Assembly (NCBI GenBank): GCA_951406725.2
Contig: OX597817.1
Location: 117,738,001-117,802,000 of the forward strand
Direction of reading: 5' to 3'
DNA length: 64,000 nt
Source: Octopus vulgaris
Lineage: Eukaryota
Of the stretch, positions 1 to 14,171 are shown piece by piece (within the stretch, counting starts at the first letter, position 1; every line of letters starts with the position of its first letter). The notes below the pieces were generated by a model that did not search any database, had not been told where the DNA came from, and saw nothing but the letters and a program-made list of their open reading frames with translations. Made by a program: the position numbers and the translations under genes.

Positions 1-1194
1 CGATAAAGCGTCAAATTCATGTGATCTCTTAACAGTTTCTCGATAACTTTCCACGAATTTATGAGTCTCTTTAACGTCAAGGAAATTTCGATTAGAGTAA
101 TCCTACCTACACTTTTACTGTTGTTTCACACAGTCATCTAAAACAAAAGGGAAAACTTATACATCAGCCTAACACCAAGGCACAAAATCAAGTAGTCTCG
201 TTTTACTACTCGCTTTTTTGAAGCTACCGTATACTAATCAAACAAATGCCTATTCAGAGCCTTTCCTGTTACGTGGCTAAGTGTTACTATAATGAATGTT
301 ACCCTTTAAGCATCTCCCACTGTCCGAGAAGCGGAAGAGAAAATACGGGAAACTCGAAGTAAACGTTTTTGTAGATCTAGATCCCAACACGTGTGAGATT
401 TTTTCATTCTTTCTCGCACCTCCTCCCCTTCTCCTCCTCCACCTCCTTCTTATTCTTATTCTTCCTTCTCCCCCACCTCCTCCCGCTCCTCCGCCTCCTC
501 CCTCTTCCTTCTACTCCTTCCCCCTCCTTCATCATTCTCTCTCCTCTTCCTTCTCTCTCCTCCTCCTCTTTTTCTCTGTCTATATACATACACGTGCACA
601 TACAACGCGCGCGCACACACACATTCAAACAGACACATGTGTAAGCAGCTAGGTGCAATGTAACACCATATTAAATATCTCATTGCTATTATGTTAAACT
701 GTTGTATGTCCAAAGTTGTCCAAATGCGTTTTTTTTCAACATTTATTTTTGCTTGCAGTAGCCGGTTCTTTTCGTCAAACTATCTCATGTCCGGCTGCTT
801 CCGATCCCCAAATATCCAAAATTTTTGAAGTGTAACACAACGGTTTTACTATGGAATGGCAAAACTACTTTTTCGTTTTCTGAAAAAGCAACCTTTTGGA
901 CCTACTTCACTGTTGCATAATAGCAAAGATATATATATATATATATTAAGTAGTAGGATTAGTCGAATGCTTTATACAGAGTTAATTATTATAATGTGCA
1001 TTGTTTGTGCTGGGCCACAAAATTTTGCTCCCAGAACTTCTAAACTGGGACCACATTAACATACGCATTTTGAAGTCAAAATCTGAACACACACACACAC
1101 ATACTCATACACACACACACACGCAACACACACGTACGCATGCAAACGCACACAAAAGCACAAACATACATATTCATCCTTTTTTGCCCATTGG

Positions 1195-1303
1195 ATAAAT
1201 ATCAGTTGAACACTCGCGTCGATGTAATTAACTAGCTCCCACCCTAAACTTTCGACTTATTACATCTAACGAGCTTGCTGACCTTGTTCCAAAATCTGAA
1301 ACC
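1195..1303 (+). mobile_element. Degenerate SINE 3' fragment
   Basis: ataaatatcagttgaacactcgcgtcgatgtaattaactag...ccttgttccaaaatctgaaacc resembles the reverse complement of the 3' part of the SINE at 45371-45582. Confidence 0.5.
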
Positions 1304-1443
1304 AAGAAGTGCATTGTACCGAGTATATGAGTGGATGCATTATGTTTCACCTTCCTCTAATACACATGCTGTTTTCCATTCATCTGACTAAGTCGTGATC
1401 GATGTCATGCATGATATGTCTAAGAATTAAATATTCCGTTCTT

Positions 1444-1492
<49 letters not shown>

Positions 1493-1594
1493 TGAAATGG
1501 ATAAATGAATTATCTTGTTAAGGATTATTCAAAATTTAACCGATCTCGGGTAGCAAAAATCACAACAGAAAAGACACGGTTGAAGTTACGACCT

Positions 1595-1638
1595 TGGAAT
1601 TATGTAGAATCTTCGTTCAGCTCCATTTCTCCCTTCAC

Positions 1639-1693
<55 letters not shown>

Positions 1694-1743
1694 ATATTTA
1701 GTGTAGGAAGAAATGGAGCTGAACGAAGATTTAACAAAATTCC
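1595..1743. repeat. Inverted repeat (~48 bp arms) around a (TA)n spacer, part of a Penelope-like terminal structure
   Basis: ggaattatgtagaatcttcgttcagctccatttctcccttcactaaa versus tttagtgtaggaagaaatggagctgaacgaagatttaacaaaattcc. Confidence 0.85.
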
Positions 1744-1752
1744 TTTTTATTA

Positions 1753-1836
1753 TTTTCTACATATATTTCAAAGGCTGCAAAGTCCATAATTCGGATTGAA
1801 TAAGGAGTCCATTTTGCAGCCTTCTCTTCAGGAAAA
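1753..1836 (-). ncRNA. Type I hammerhead ribozyme motif, canonical core
   Basis: Minus strand: TTTTC CTGAAGA GAAGGCTGCAAA..loop..TTTGCAGCCTTT GAAA TATAT GTA GAAAA; 5-bp stem I, 12-bp stem II, GUA triplet. Confidence 0.8.
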
Positions 1837-2007
1837 TCCAGGAACTTAATTCTCCAACAAAATGCACAGCAAGATTTTCGACAAACGCTCACGAGGAGCC
1901 CATGGATATGTATATACGTGTATATGTGTTCGTATGAGTGTGTATGCCTGTCTATGAAGGTAGAGATGTGTGCAATATATATGTACATACATACATGTAT
2001 ACTCTAT

Positions 2008-2290
2008 TACTCTTTTACTTGCTTCAGTCATTTTACTGTGACCATGCTAGAGCACCGCCTAGTACTTATTCTATTGGGAACTTTTGCCGAACCGCTAATG
2101 TTACGGCGACGTAAACACACCAGCATCGGTTCTCAAGCGATGTTGGTGGGGACAAACACAGACAAACAAACATATACACACACACACATATATATACATA
2201 TATACGATGGGATTCTTTCAGTTTCCGTCTACCAAACTCACTTACAAGGCTTTGGTCGGCCCGAGGCGATAGTAGAAGACACTTGCCCAA
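2008..2290 (-). mobile_element. tRNA-derived SINE with internal (CA)/(TA) tract, head missing
   Basis: Shares body with 15586-15889, 25665-25870 and 3770-3933. Confidence 0.8.
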
Positions 2291-2736
2291 ACTACTTATA
2301 TACTATATATATATATATACATGCTAAAGATGTATACATAAAATATAATGTATGGTATAAATATTAGTTACGAAATCTCTAAAAAATTTAAAATTCAATT
2401 ATGACATGACTGCTTATTAAAGATAAACTTTTCTTAGTTGAAACTTGGTTGAAACTATAACGATGTTAATGTCAAAAATGGCAGATGTGGAATGATGCTT
2501 ACGCAATTTGTATTATGCAGAAGAGAATCATTGAAGTACGTGAACATTGCCAGATATGTATGGAATAATTTTCAAATAGAATATTACTCGAGGCAAAAAC
2601 ATGTTTTCAGTTCAAATTCCTGGAAGGTATATAGAATACGAAAAAGACATTTTTTTTTGTCAAAAGCAAATAATTAGCTGAATGCAAAGTAGCATGCATT
2701 CACCCACGAACGCAAACATACTCACTTGCACATGAC

Positions 2737-2852
<116 letters not shown>

Positions 2853-3769
2853 ATATAGATCTGTATGTTGTACCTTACTCTGCTGTAAATGTGTAGGAAC
2901 AGCCGCAAACCAATATAAACACACTCATGGTTGCAAAATCCTGCTTACATATATTATATACGCAGACACGTGTGAATTCACGAAATGCCTGTGCAGGTAT
3001 TTATCATTTATTTCTCTCTCCCTCTCTCTCTCTATATATATATATATATTTATGTATTTATATATATATATATATATATATTATACATATATATATGTAT
3101 GTATATGTATATGTATATATATATGTGAGTGTGTATATATATATGTATAGATATATGTATATATATATTAGGAGAGATTAACTCACATCATGAATATTAT
3201 TGATTTTCATACGTTTCCTAATTATCACCGTATTATGTAATAGAATTATTCTCATAAACGAGTATACATGGATTCATATTAATCCACGTTCTCATCACAA
3301 GTATTATAGACCGTAGACTTCTTGTCAAATTTTGCTTTTCGAAACTCACATTTAAATTTTTTTTTAAATTATATATAATCATATAATTTATATGGTAGAT
3401 TTTCAACCAATTTTTTTCTGTTTGAAAAGGATATATATGTATACATACGTAAATAAATTAATGCATAAACATACATATACACACTCACACGTATAGATAC
3501 ATGCATCAATGCATCCATAAGTACATACATAGATACAAACATACATATATATATATAGATACATACATACATACATACAAATATACATACATACATGTAG
3601 ACAGGTAGGTGTTTGCTCAGCATGTCGTATACGGGTTTGTGCATATGTGTTGTCATGCCTGTATACGAATACTTTTTACACGTAAGTCAATAACCGTGCT
3701 TTAGTGCCTAGATTCCTACACACACATAGACACGCACACTCGCATAAACACACGTACACACACATAGGC

Positions 3770-3933
3770 ATATGACAGGCTTCTTTCAGTTTCTATCTAC
3801 TAAATCCAATCAGAAGGCTTTGGTCGGCCTGTGGCTATGGTGGAAAATACTTACCCAAGGTGCCAAAAAGTGGGACTGAACCCGGAACCATGTGGATGGG
3901 CAGCAAGCTTCTCACCACATAGCCACGCCTGCC
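3770..3933 (-). mobile_element. SINE 5' half with tRNA-like head
   Basis: Minus strand A box TGGCTATGTGG and B box GGTTCAGTCCC; same family as 15586-15889. Confidence 0.8.
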
Positions 3934-4754
3934 CAGTTTCACCCGGTATGTTTGGATGATGTGGGTGTGATCGTTTTCGGTTAGGCATAATCTATAACAG
4001 CGTTTCTCAACCTTATCATTTCGGATCCCCTGTTTCGATTGGAAACAGTTAAATGACGTTAAAGAGACACATAAATTTTCTAAACCCCGCCCCCTAACCT
4101 GTTAGAAAACAACTTCAGGAATTGTGAAGTACGAATATATACGTAGTCTGTATCTGAGAGCTATTCTTTTGAACGTCTGTCTAATCGTTAAAACATTGGG
4201 CGATCTTTCGATATGGGAACACACTACTGTCACTTACAAACCACCTATAAACCACGTGTTTTTATTTACATTTTCGAAGACGATCGTCGGTTTTCGTAAA
4301 AAAATATTATTTTTTTAATATGGGGTTGGTGAAAAGGGGATCTTTTGAAGTCCGCGTGAAAGCGAAAGAGACAGGGAGAACGCGATTGTATGAGTGAAGT
4401 TCTTTTAAAGTTGGCGTGAAGCGGAAGAATTGATGTGCGTGCGTGCGTTCTTGTGTGTGTGTGAGAGAGAGAGAGTGAGTGTGTGTATGTGTGCGTGTAT
4501 ATGTGTGTTTGATGGGGTGTGCGAGACAGAATGAATGGTGTGTATGTAAATTGCTTTTGTTAGTGTGTGAAGAGAGAGTAATGTTGCTGGTGTGTGCGTA
4601 TATGAGATAGAGAGAGAGAGAGAGAGAAATAGCGAGAGATAAAGAGAGAGATAACTGACATTTTTTATTTACTTTTTGTAGTCAGTGAATGTGTGAGTGA
4701 TTGGCAGAGAAAAGCGAGAGAGAGAGAGAGAGAGAGTATATGCATGTATTTATG

Positions 4755-4788
<34 letters not shown>

Positions 4789-5268
4789 TGAATGCCTCCA
4801 GTGACAAACACACACGCAGGTTGTTATACATGTATGTATACATAGATGTGTGTATTTATGTATGGCCGGGAGGGAATTAACTGAAATTTTGTTATTCACT
4901 TTTTGTAGTGAGTGAATGTGTGAGTGACTGACAGAGAAAAGGAAAGAGAGATTAAGTATGTATGTGTGTATGCATGTATGAATGGCTTTGGCTGCCTGTC
5001 ATCCTGTACTCCCCTTTTTGCTAGCGAAATGGTATATGCCGTCTGTGTGAGGAACTAGTTGTTTTAATAGCAGGGGAATTCCATTAGAAAAGTTTTAATC
5101 GATTTTCTCGGTAAGTATGGTGGCTAGGAAAAAATACAAACCGCATTCCAATCTATGCACCCGTCTCCATGTGTGCCATTGTTCACGCGAATCCACCCAG
5201 CCGTTTGGCTGCGAACCTCAAGACAAGAAAGAATGCAACGATCACCCATGTTCAATTTATATTATAGA
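3931..5268 (-). mobile_element. Non-autonomous Helitron-like element
   Basis: Minus 5' end A|TCTATAATATAAA next to (TA)n; AAACGGCTGGGTGGATT..GAACAATGGCACAC resembles a motif common in non-autonomous Helitrons; internal direct repeat (~4655 vs ~4880); the CTAG 3' end is not seen. Confidence 0.5.
3998..4115. mobile_element. hAT-like MITE remnant
   Basis: CAGCGTTTCTCAACC at left and degenerate GTTAGAAAACAACT at right, Charlie-like TIR. Confidence 0.4.
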
Positions 5269-5289
5269 TATATATATATATATATATAT

Positions 5290-5348
<59 letters not shown>

Positions 5349-5644
5349 TATATATATACACATATATATATGTGTGTGTGTGTCTGTGCGCGTATTACTT
5401 AATTTGGTATCTAACTCGTAAAAAGGCTGCCATTTTCTCGCACCAGGTTTTGCACCATGATTATATTGACGTTTTACTTATAGTAAATGCAAAATATAGT
5501 CTCTTTCCTGCTGGACGTAGAATCTGGATTACTCGGTAATCGTAAAAAGAAACGGTGTGAAACATAGCGACAAGATAACATTTTTTGCAGCAGTAAAACG
5601 AGTTATTTCCTATGGTGTTAGCCATAGTTGTAGTATGTTTTAAC

Positions 5645-5784
5645 GTTACCGGTAAATTCCACCGCGGTAAATTCCACTATGGTAAATTAAACCAGCTAAA
5701 TTTCACCATAGGTGAATTCCACCACGGTATATTCCACCATTGTTAATTTCACAATAGGTGGAATTATTATTATTATTATTATTA

Positions 5785-5855
<71 letters not shown>

Positions 5856-7041
5856 TTGATATTATATGGGCTACGACATGGAAATAAAAAAGAATAACTA
5901 AAAATAATATGAATAATGTCAATGAATACAAAAAATACGATAGTGAAAAATAATTAAGGAACAATCACACCAAGATATACAGGGTAAATACTTTAAACCC
6001 ATAAATGACGAAGCAGTATGAAAAGGAGACTCATTGACATTTATAAAATAAAGCAAATACTCAATGGTAGAGAAAAAAATATTATACAGTATTTACAAGA
6101 CAGAAACAACTAGTATGGAAGAAGAAAAACGCATGCAGACATTGTAAAAAACAAAGGAAATATCGAACATGTGGATTGTAAGGCGGGCGCGGTACTCGTC
6201 AGCAAAGAGAAACCCCACATTTTCCAGTAGAACTCTGGAATGTACGTGATTGCGTCTTAAGGGACTTGCCAAAATCAAATAATTTTATTAGAAGGTTTTC
6301 ACAATGCTTTGCGATCATAACTAACATTCAGTCATCCAAATGTATGGAAACTATGCACTGCTCTTAAACCTAAGGTAGGATTAAGCCAGACAAAAATTAC
6401 ACACATTCGATGTGGTGACTCAACATAAAAAAAGGGACCTATCAAATTACTGATGCCACGACAGAAGAAGCTAGTTCACGAAAACCGTCTGCAATTTTTA
6501 AGAAGTATTGCACACACTTTGTCTAAAGAAATTTTTTTTTAAATATATTAAACTTTCTGATCTTAACAATGTACTTGTTGTTAATTTTTTATCCTATTGT
6601 TATAATAAAATGTGTGCTAAAATTTAATCGTTTCTTTCTTTATCTCAAATTATATTATTTTTGAAATTTTGTGATGAGTCTTTCATAGATTCTTGCTCGA
6701 CGGGAGTACATTAAAGTGATCCCATCCCAATTCAAGTAGATTGTAAATATTACTTTTTTATGTTACCTTCAATCTCTTTCTCTTTCTCTCTCTCTCTCTC
6801 TCTCTCACTCTCTCTCTTCTTAAGACTTGAGAGACAGACATATTAAATAACATAGGTATTGACCCACGGTCTAGAGAAACTGACCACGGTGATTATTAGC
6901 GAGAGCAATTATACTGGAAGTCTGTCCATGGGTAGAATTTACGATGGTAGAATATACCGTGGTTGAAATTTCCTATGGTGAAATTTAGCTGGTGGAATTT
7001 TCCGTGGTGGAGTTTACCGCGGTGGAATCTGTTTTGAACCG
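5645..7041 (+). mobile_element. Mutator-like (MULE) element with foldback TIRs of ~15-bp subrepeats and a transposase remnant
   Basis: ~105-bp TIRs (5650-5752 and 6931-7030) of GGTAAATTCCACC-like units; 6215-6368 translates with one frameshift to PHFPVELWNVRDCVLRDLPKSNN/LEGFHNALRS*LTFSHPNVWKLCTALK, the MULE W..PRTNN..EG.HN..HPN.W region. Confidence 0.85.
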
Positions 7042-7712
7042 TTTGAGTATGCAAGTAATTTCTTACGTTCTCTCACCCTTTTCTGTACCCATCGCTTAAT
7101 ATTGCTCTATCACACCACCCTCCTCACATACTTCACACCCTTTTATTTCTTACCCTCTAACGTATCCCTTCCTCCTAACACATTATTCTGACCACTAGCT
7201 AGTACCCCTCACCCATCCCTCCCTCCCTCCTATCACTTTATTCTGACAACTAGCTAACACAAAGTCTCTCATTTCGTTCCCTCTCTCTTCATTTCTTCTT
7301 TGCCTCCCTCTCTTTTGTTTCTTCTCTTTTTCCACCCATTCTCTCCTCCTGGCTTTGATTTGACCTATCTCCTCTGTCTAATCATACACATCTCTCCTCC
7401 CACTATCTATCCATTAACAATACCAACATATTTTAACTCACACCCCCAAAAAAACCTCGGTCGACCAACACTCTTTACAACGCTCTATGCTTGGAATGAC
7501 CTAATATAACCAAAATTGGAACTCACACACCAGGTACAAGAAAATTTCTTCACCCAAAAAATGTTTTCACTAATTATATATACCATTGTACTTGAATAAT
7601 GGAACTGCAGATACAATATCCTTATGTATCTCATTTCTATATTCATTATCGTACTTCCCTCTGTATTTCATGTCTTCTCTACAATAATAAATACTCAGCA
7701 TTTTCAGGCACA

Positions 7713-7760
7713 ATCACTGATGAAGGGATATTAAAATATCTTGGAAGCAGCTGTAAAACC
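7713..7760 (+). ncRNA. Degenerate hammerhead motif in a Penelope-like 3' segment before (TA)n
   Basis: CTGATGA AGGGATAT taaa ATATCTTG GAAG CAGCTG TA; GAAA mutated and stem I decayed. Confidence 0.55.
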
Positions 7761-7817
7761 TTTCCTTGATAAATGTTAAGAAATCCATTTGCTGCCTTGT
7801 TTTTTATGTCATTCTGT

Positions 7818-7911
<94 letters not shown>

Positions 7912-7917
7912 ATATAA

Positions 7918-8004
<87 letters not shown>

Positions 8005-8800
8005 ATATATATACACATATATATACATATATATATAATGAGATTACTTATCACTTATTTATATATACGAATTGTTACATGCTCTACATGGAGCCAGATC
8101 CTCTAAATATAATAAAATAGAGAGATTTCATGTTGACCTCCCCTGCGTGCCTAATTACTAAATCCGGAAAGCATTGTAATATTTCTTGGCAATAAAACTT
8201 GTAAATGATCATAAAAAATAGTAAAAATATTATATTTATCATGATATTATCTGAAAAGAAAGAAATGTAAAATGTATAATTAATAAGAAGGATGTTTTAC
8301 AAGTTCGTAATATACGTTTTTGCTTATAAATTGATTGCAAATAATTAAAAACAAAATTTTAAAATCAAAAATATTAGAGATAAAGTTTTATATTGGTTTA
8401 TAACTATAACTATATTTAATGAGAGTAGTCCCTGCCAAAGGGAAGGTAGTTTAATTAGGTTTGAATAAATTTGTAGAAGTACTGCGTCTTGATACTACTA
8501 TTACTACCAGTACACAGCACAGCCATTAGAACGAAAGCGATTGCCTGAATCATGGGAATTTTGCAAGAAAAATGTGAACTTCCTGAAATGATATCTATTA
8601 TGAATGATTAATTCAGTAATTTCAGTTTATTTCTGTATACTTTCTCTTCTCTTAAAGTAACATTAAATCGTCTAAAAACCAACCGTAGCCAATATCACGT
8701 ATGATGGAAATTTAAATATATATTCTTTCTTTTATTTATGATAAAGTTCTCAAATAATTTCTGTTTTTGCTTTTAATATATACATACATACACACACGCA

Positions 8801-8878
<78 letters not shown>

Positions 8879-8984
8879 AGACATATGCATGCACATACAT
8901 ACATTTATATGTTTTCATACAAAGAGATACGGTAATGTAAACCTTTATCTTATAATTCTCGAAGCATTTTTACTTTTCTGTTTA

Positions 8985-9040
<56 letters not shown>

Positions 9041-9104
9041 ATTTGTATGTGTATGTGAGTGTGTAGAAACAAAATCGAATACACATATAGAAGGTATGAA
9101 GGTA

Positions 9105-9665
9105 TGTGTGTTTTTGGTTCGTACTCCAGTCTTTATGCGTAAGAGAATATATTCTCTATGCCCCTTGTGTAAAAAAAAACACACCCGAAATTAAGTGATA
9201 GTGAAGCGAAACAACTCACATAAGCCTTTTGTAGGAGTGACAGGCATCGATATTTTCTTATTGTTGTGACTTAGCAAATTCCGCATACCAAACCATGCCC
9301 GCTGCAAGCCATATCGATGACTATGACTCCATGCTAAATGTTTATATACTTCGAGCAGCTTCGAATGCACATTTGAATACTTTCCTTGACATAAGATGTT
9401 GGAACATTCTAACAAATGGTGATTAAGCCGTTTAGCGTATTGTCATAGTCGGAAAAATGGCGTAAAGCGGGCCTTGTTCAGTATGTGGTATTGATAAGTC
9501 AGAACAGTGACGAAACATCGATGTCTGTCACTCCGAGATGGCACCTATTTGAGTTGTCTCGCTTGACTATGATTTAATTTCTGGTGTATTCTATACCAGG
9601 GCCAAAAGGAATATATTCTCTGTCGCCTAAAAACCGCAGCCAACTAAGAACTAACTACACACATA
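9105..9665. mobile_element. Old foldback element, diverged ~240-bp inverted arms, HHR-bearing
   Basis: 9105-9345 is a diverged reverse complement of 9425-9665. Confidence 0.8.
9485..9531 (+). ncRNA. Type I hammerhead, U3-A8 core variant
   Basis: GTGGTA TTGATAA GTCA gaacag TGAC GAAAC ATCGAT GTC TGTCAC; all three stems pair; palindromic stem III ACATCGATGT; GUC triplet. Confidence 0.8.
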
Positions 9666-12600
9666 ATAAGGTAAAAGAGAGTGTCAGAGATACCTGTTAA
9701 GCTAGATGACCAAACTACTGTACGAAATTATAGATTCTACAAAAAAAAAAGAAAGAAATGGTTTTGGAAGAGGATATAATATATCGTAAAATTTGTTTAC
9801 AAACTCCAGCCTAAAATTCATTTTATTCTTTATGTCTATACAAGACAATAAAAGCAATTATCTACAGCAAAATATGTTTCTAACACATTCCAATTAGTAA
9901 AGGGAAGAAGATATTTAAAAAAATTTGAAACATTTTACTTTTAGAACTTCACCCTAATTTTCATGTTTATTTAACCGAATATCTTAAATGTTTCACAGGT
10001 TTTTATTGTATCTAAATTGGCATCAGTTGTGTTGTGGAAGTGGGAAAAACAATGAGAAGCTTTAAAGAGTTTCAAGTAACAATGTTAGATATAGTCAGTC
10101 TACGAATATATGGAACATGAAGGTGTGCAGCAAGTAAATGGACACTATTTCAGTGAATAACATAAATCTAGTAATTACGTAACATTAAAAATTTTCCGAT
10201 ATATTACACAATACCTGCAAACAAAAGTAACTTCTTCTCTGGAAAGATCTAATTAATTTTGCAAGGAATACGATAGAGATAAAATGTACCCATATGTTCC
10301 TATGAGGAACAGGCGAAATTCTGAATTTTTGTCGCACATTAAAATATTCAATTATGTATATCGCCTCTGAAATTAAATACAGCATATCGTTTTAGAAAAG
10401 CAAACATTTTAGGTAATTTATATGTTTGCTAAAATATATGCCCTAACTTAATAACGTAATAAACTCAATGCAATTTGAAAATTATACAAGCAACTCTTAC
10501 GCTATTGATTTCCGGCGGACACATTTGCAGAGTAATTGTTTAAAACTTTTCATATGATCTATAATTATTAGTTTTAACGAACTTCATTTTAGCTGTTTAA
10601 AATAAATATAAAAATGAGTTAGTTTTTAAAGAGAAATGCAAGGCATTTACGTGCACAAAGTGATACATATACATGCACTACATTTTCTTGCGATAAAGGA
10701 AAATGCTTACTTCTATATTTTGATTTGTTGAAATTACTTGTATGTAGATCATAAAGCATAGTTGCAGTTTTAAACGTAATTGAATATGGGAATATACAAT
10801 GAGACAACGATTGTTTTGCCAACGGATATATGAAGCCTTGTTCATGAAGATGATTTTCACTGTTGTAGATATAATCTACTATTCCATTGCAAAATTGCGA
10901 ACTTGATTCCATTTACTAAATCAATACTCCATAGTTTTAAGTAAATGAGAAAAACATAACGTTAATGAGTTAATGTTATAAAGAAGTAGAACTTCGAAAG
11001 CAATAATGTTAATATTACCTATACATGGAAGGAAGTGTTTCTGTATTCGTCTCAGTCTAAGATCAGAGAATTGTCCTTCTTGAAAGAATGTTTTGAAGGC
11101 TGATGCGGAATCGTGAGCAAAACTATTTTCATATTTAGCAATGACTGTAATAGCAGACAGAACTGGGTTTAAGGGAAAATAAAACGTACATTTTGGAATA
11201 TGCCATATATATATATATAAATCTGATATAATAGGGGTAGATCATCAATAACAATTTCGCCAGAATAAAACTTTTATGTAACCAAATACTATACAGCAAT
11301 ATTTTGTTTTCATTTAATTACAATATGTCGCTAGAACACCTATTTTCGATGATAGCCCTGTTTCTGAAATTGGTTCTGTTACCTGTTGATAATTCTTTCC
11401 TTGTAGGATATCACTACATAACTTATATTGATGTATTATGTTTAATTACTAGGAGGTAATTTGTCTTGTGCTTCAGTGAAAATACTTTACATATCCTACA
11501 TTGAATTTATCTTTTTCTATCAAGATGTTTGGAAAATATAAACGTCTCTCAAATACTGATAGACATGTATTCGTAATTTCTTTTCGGTCTTGCTCAGATA
11601 AACTGGACTTATTTTCGGTCAAAGAGAGAAAGAGAGGGGGAGATACACACAGACACACACGCACAGAGAAAGAAAGAGAGAGAGGGTGAAAGTGTAAGAG
11701 AGAGAGAAACAGACAGACACAGAGACTCAATGCAATCATTTGAATTAGTCCAACTTAAAAGAAACTTAACCCTGGAAAATGCAGATCTAAGTGATAAGCA
11801 TGATCTTTGCTCATTGACTTCTTCAAATATCAATCGAACTACACAACAAATTATTCAGTAAGTAAAAAGAATGCGAAAATGAAACGACAAATGAATGAAA
11901 TATAAACATTACAGGCTCGAAAGAAATAACCCAAATCCACACTATCTAAATATAGGAGCGCTGCACAAACGCGCTACTTAGGAATGCGGATAAAACCTTT
12001 GACACCATGCTTCGTCAATCTTAAAAGGAAAATACATATAGTAAGGTTTTAATAGTGTATTTATAAAAAGGGGTGTTCCTCAAAATTGAGACGCTATTCC
12101 TCATAATACTTCCTGCTCAGGTTTAGCCTGTGGTTTAAAGAATAACGTCATAAGAAAAATTTCACTTAAATTTTCATTATGTATACATCAGTGAAAACGC
12201 GTTTGTTTGGGTAAAATGTTCAGGCTTACTTGAGCAATATCTAACTTTTCGGTTAAATTGATCGTCGTTAATGTAAATGATGTATTATTTGTATTTGTTT
12301 ATTAATATTTCCGCATAAACACACCAATGGATCTTATTGGTGGCCATCCTATAAAAATAATATCCTTGACTTATTAGCCTTGAACATTCCAACAAACCAA
12401 ATCTATTCACTGGAAAATTTCAATATATATTGAATTCCAGGGAAGTGCTAAACAATATTTGAGTCAAATAGAATCGAGTTCATACATCTTCATCACAAAT
12501 TAACTAGCTATTCTTTCATCCCTTTCAATAATATGTGAAACCTTAAAAATGGTGGTCAGTAAAAATAGTGAATACAATTAGTGCGCTTGTGAAACATTCG

Positions 12601-14112
12601 TGCAGCATTGCTAAACATTATGAAGATTTAACAAGAAAACAAATACTATAGAAATGAATTGAATATGAAAATACCTTTTTCTGCAGGTAACATTTTTGTA
12701 ATTTTCTCACTAATCATAGGATATTCACGTTTAATGAAGCAATTTGTGTATTCTAATAACCATTTATTTCTTTTAGGGTCATCTCGGAACTATGCGGAAA
12801 TACATTGCTTTTCCTAAATATTGGGAACAGTACAATTATGCGAAAAACCACTTACAACCGTCTTTATGATCTAAATTACACGTTAGTAAAAGTGTTTGTC
12901 TATTCAAGAGGGTCATTTCTTTCACTATCATTATTTTTGTATTTATTTCACCTCATTTATATTACAATATAAAAGAGAAACCTTCTTTCTCCTTTTTTTT
13001 TGAGAAACTTTTATGCCAAATGCTTTTATGCTAAATTTCCAGCTGTAAGTTGTACAGAAAATTATTTCAAGCCAGATCTGTATAACCGATACCAGATATT
13101 GGTTTCTTTTAACAGATTATTCGTATCGTAAAATTAATGACTCGGTACTAAGTTCCCTATTGTATACATGCAGAAAGATAGTATTATTATGTCAGCACGG
13201 TATTCTGTATTAGTAAAAAAAATGGACAATATGCATCTTCATTCTTCTATATTTGTTGCCAGCATACACATTCATGTACTTATACATTCATATATTTACA
13301 CACACACACATGCACGCACGCACGCACCTATACGCTCACATATATACATTTATATGTGTGAATGTACATATGCATGTTAGTGGGATTAATGAGAATTACG
13401 ACAGATTTTATGTAATATTATGTGATTGAGCAGAATCTAAATCTTAGTGTTATGAGAAGCAAAAGGATTAGCATAGAATATGAATTTAAATATTGTCTTC
13501 AAAGAATTAACAGAGCACATGAATTTGAGAAGCTTATAATTATTCTGCACGTTATTAAACGAAAGGAATTAACAGTAGGTAAATAGTTTATAGACATCAT
13601 CATAATAACAATGTGAACCGTTAATAGAAATCGGTTACTTTACATAAAGACCTATCAAATCAAATTCCTTTTGGAATAAGTAATACCTGCGTCTTTGAAT
13701 AGATAATGGATACAACTGCATGGGTTCTCTATAGCCAGCATTACGTAATACTGTTAAATGATTAAAGTATCTTCAGTAAAATGACGATTTATGTTCACCA
13801 TAATTTGTTTCCACACATCAGTTTTTAGTACTAATATAATTATCAATGTAGTCCGATTACTTCACATAATTCTGCTCAAAGCGTTTTATATTCCTTTATA
13901 TCTCTTTTTTTGTGGTTCAGTGACATTAAGCAACTTAAGTTTTTCATTATTATAATTTAATATTCCACGAAAATAAGTTTTAGCCGGTACACTAGTAGCG
14001 GTATAACGAAACATTGAAAGATGCCCTTGGGGTGGTGGTCTGCAAACATATTCATTTACTTTGTAAAACTGTGAAACTGGTTAAGTAAATCTAAATATAA
14101 CGTCCATATATA

Positions 14113-14170
<58 letters not shown>

Positions 14171-14171
14171 C

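Noticed and set aside
296-713. Overlapping ORFs and a possible minus-strand first exon or promoter
   Set aside because: The ORFs come from CCT/CT low-complexity sequence; only a lone GTAGGT-like donor near 105-110 supports an exon
3207-3261. Minus-strand TTTATGA..GAAACGTA hammerhead-like trace
   Set aside because: Two core mismatches and weak AT-only stems; not separable from chance by eye
5650-5752. Short regularly spaced repeats resembling a CRISPR array
   Set aside because: No spacers; they mirror 6931-7030 as MULE TIR subrepeats in eukaryotic DNA
11730-11857. ATG-initiated frame MQSFELVQLKRN.. ending at a GTAAGT donor
   Set aside because: Short, no recognisable homology, no convincing downstream exon
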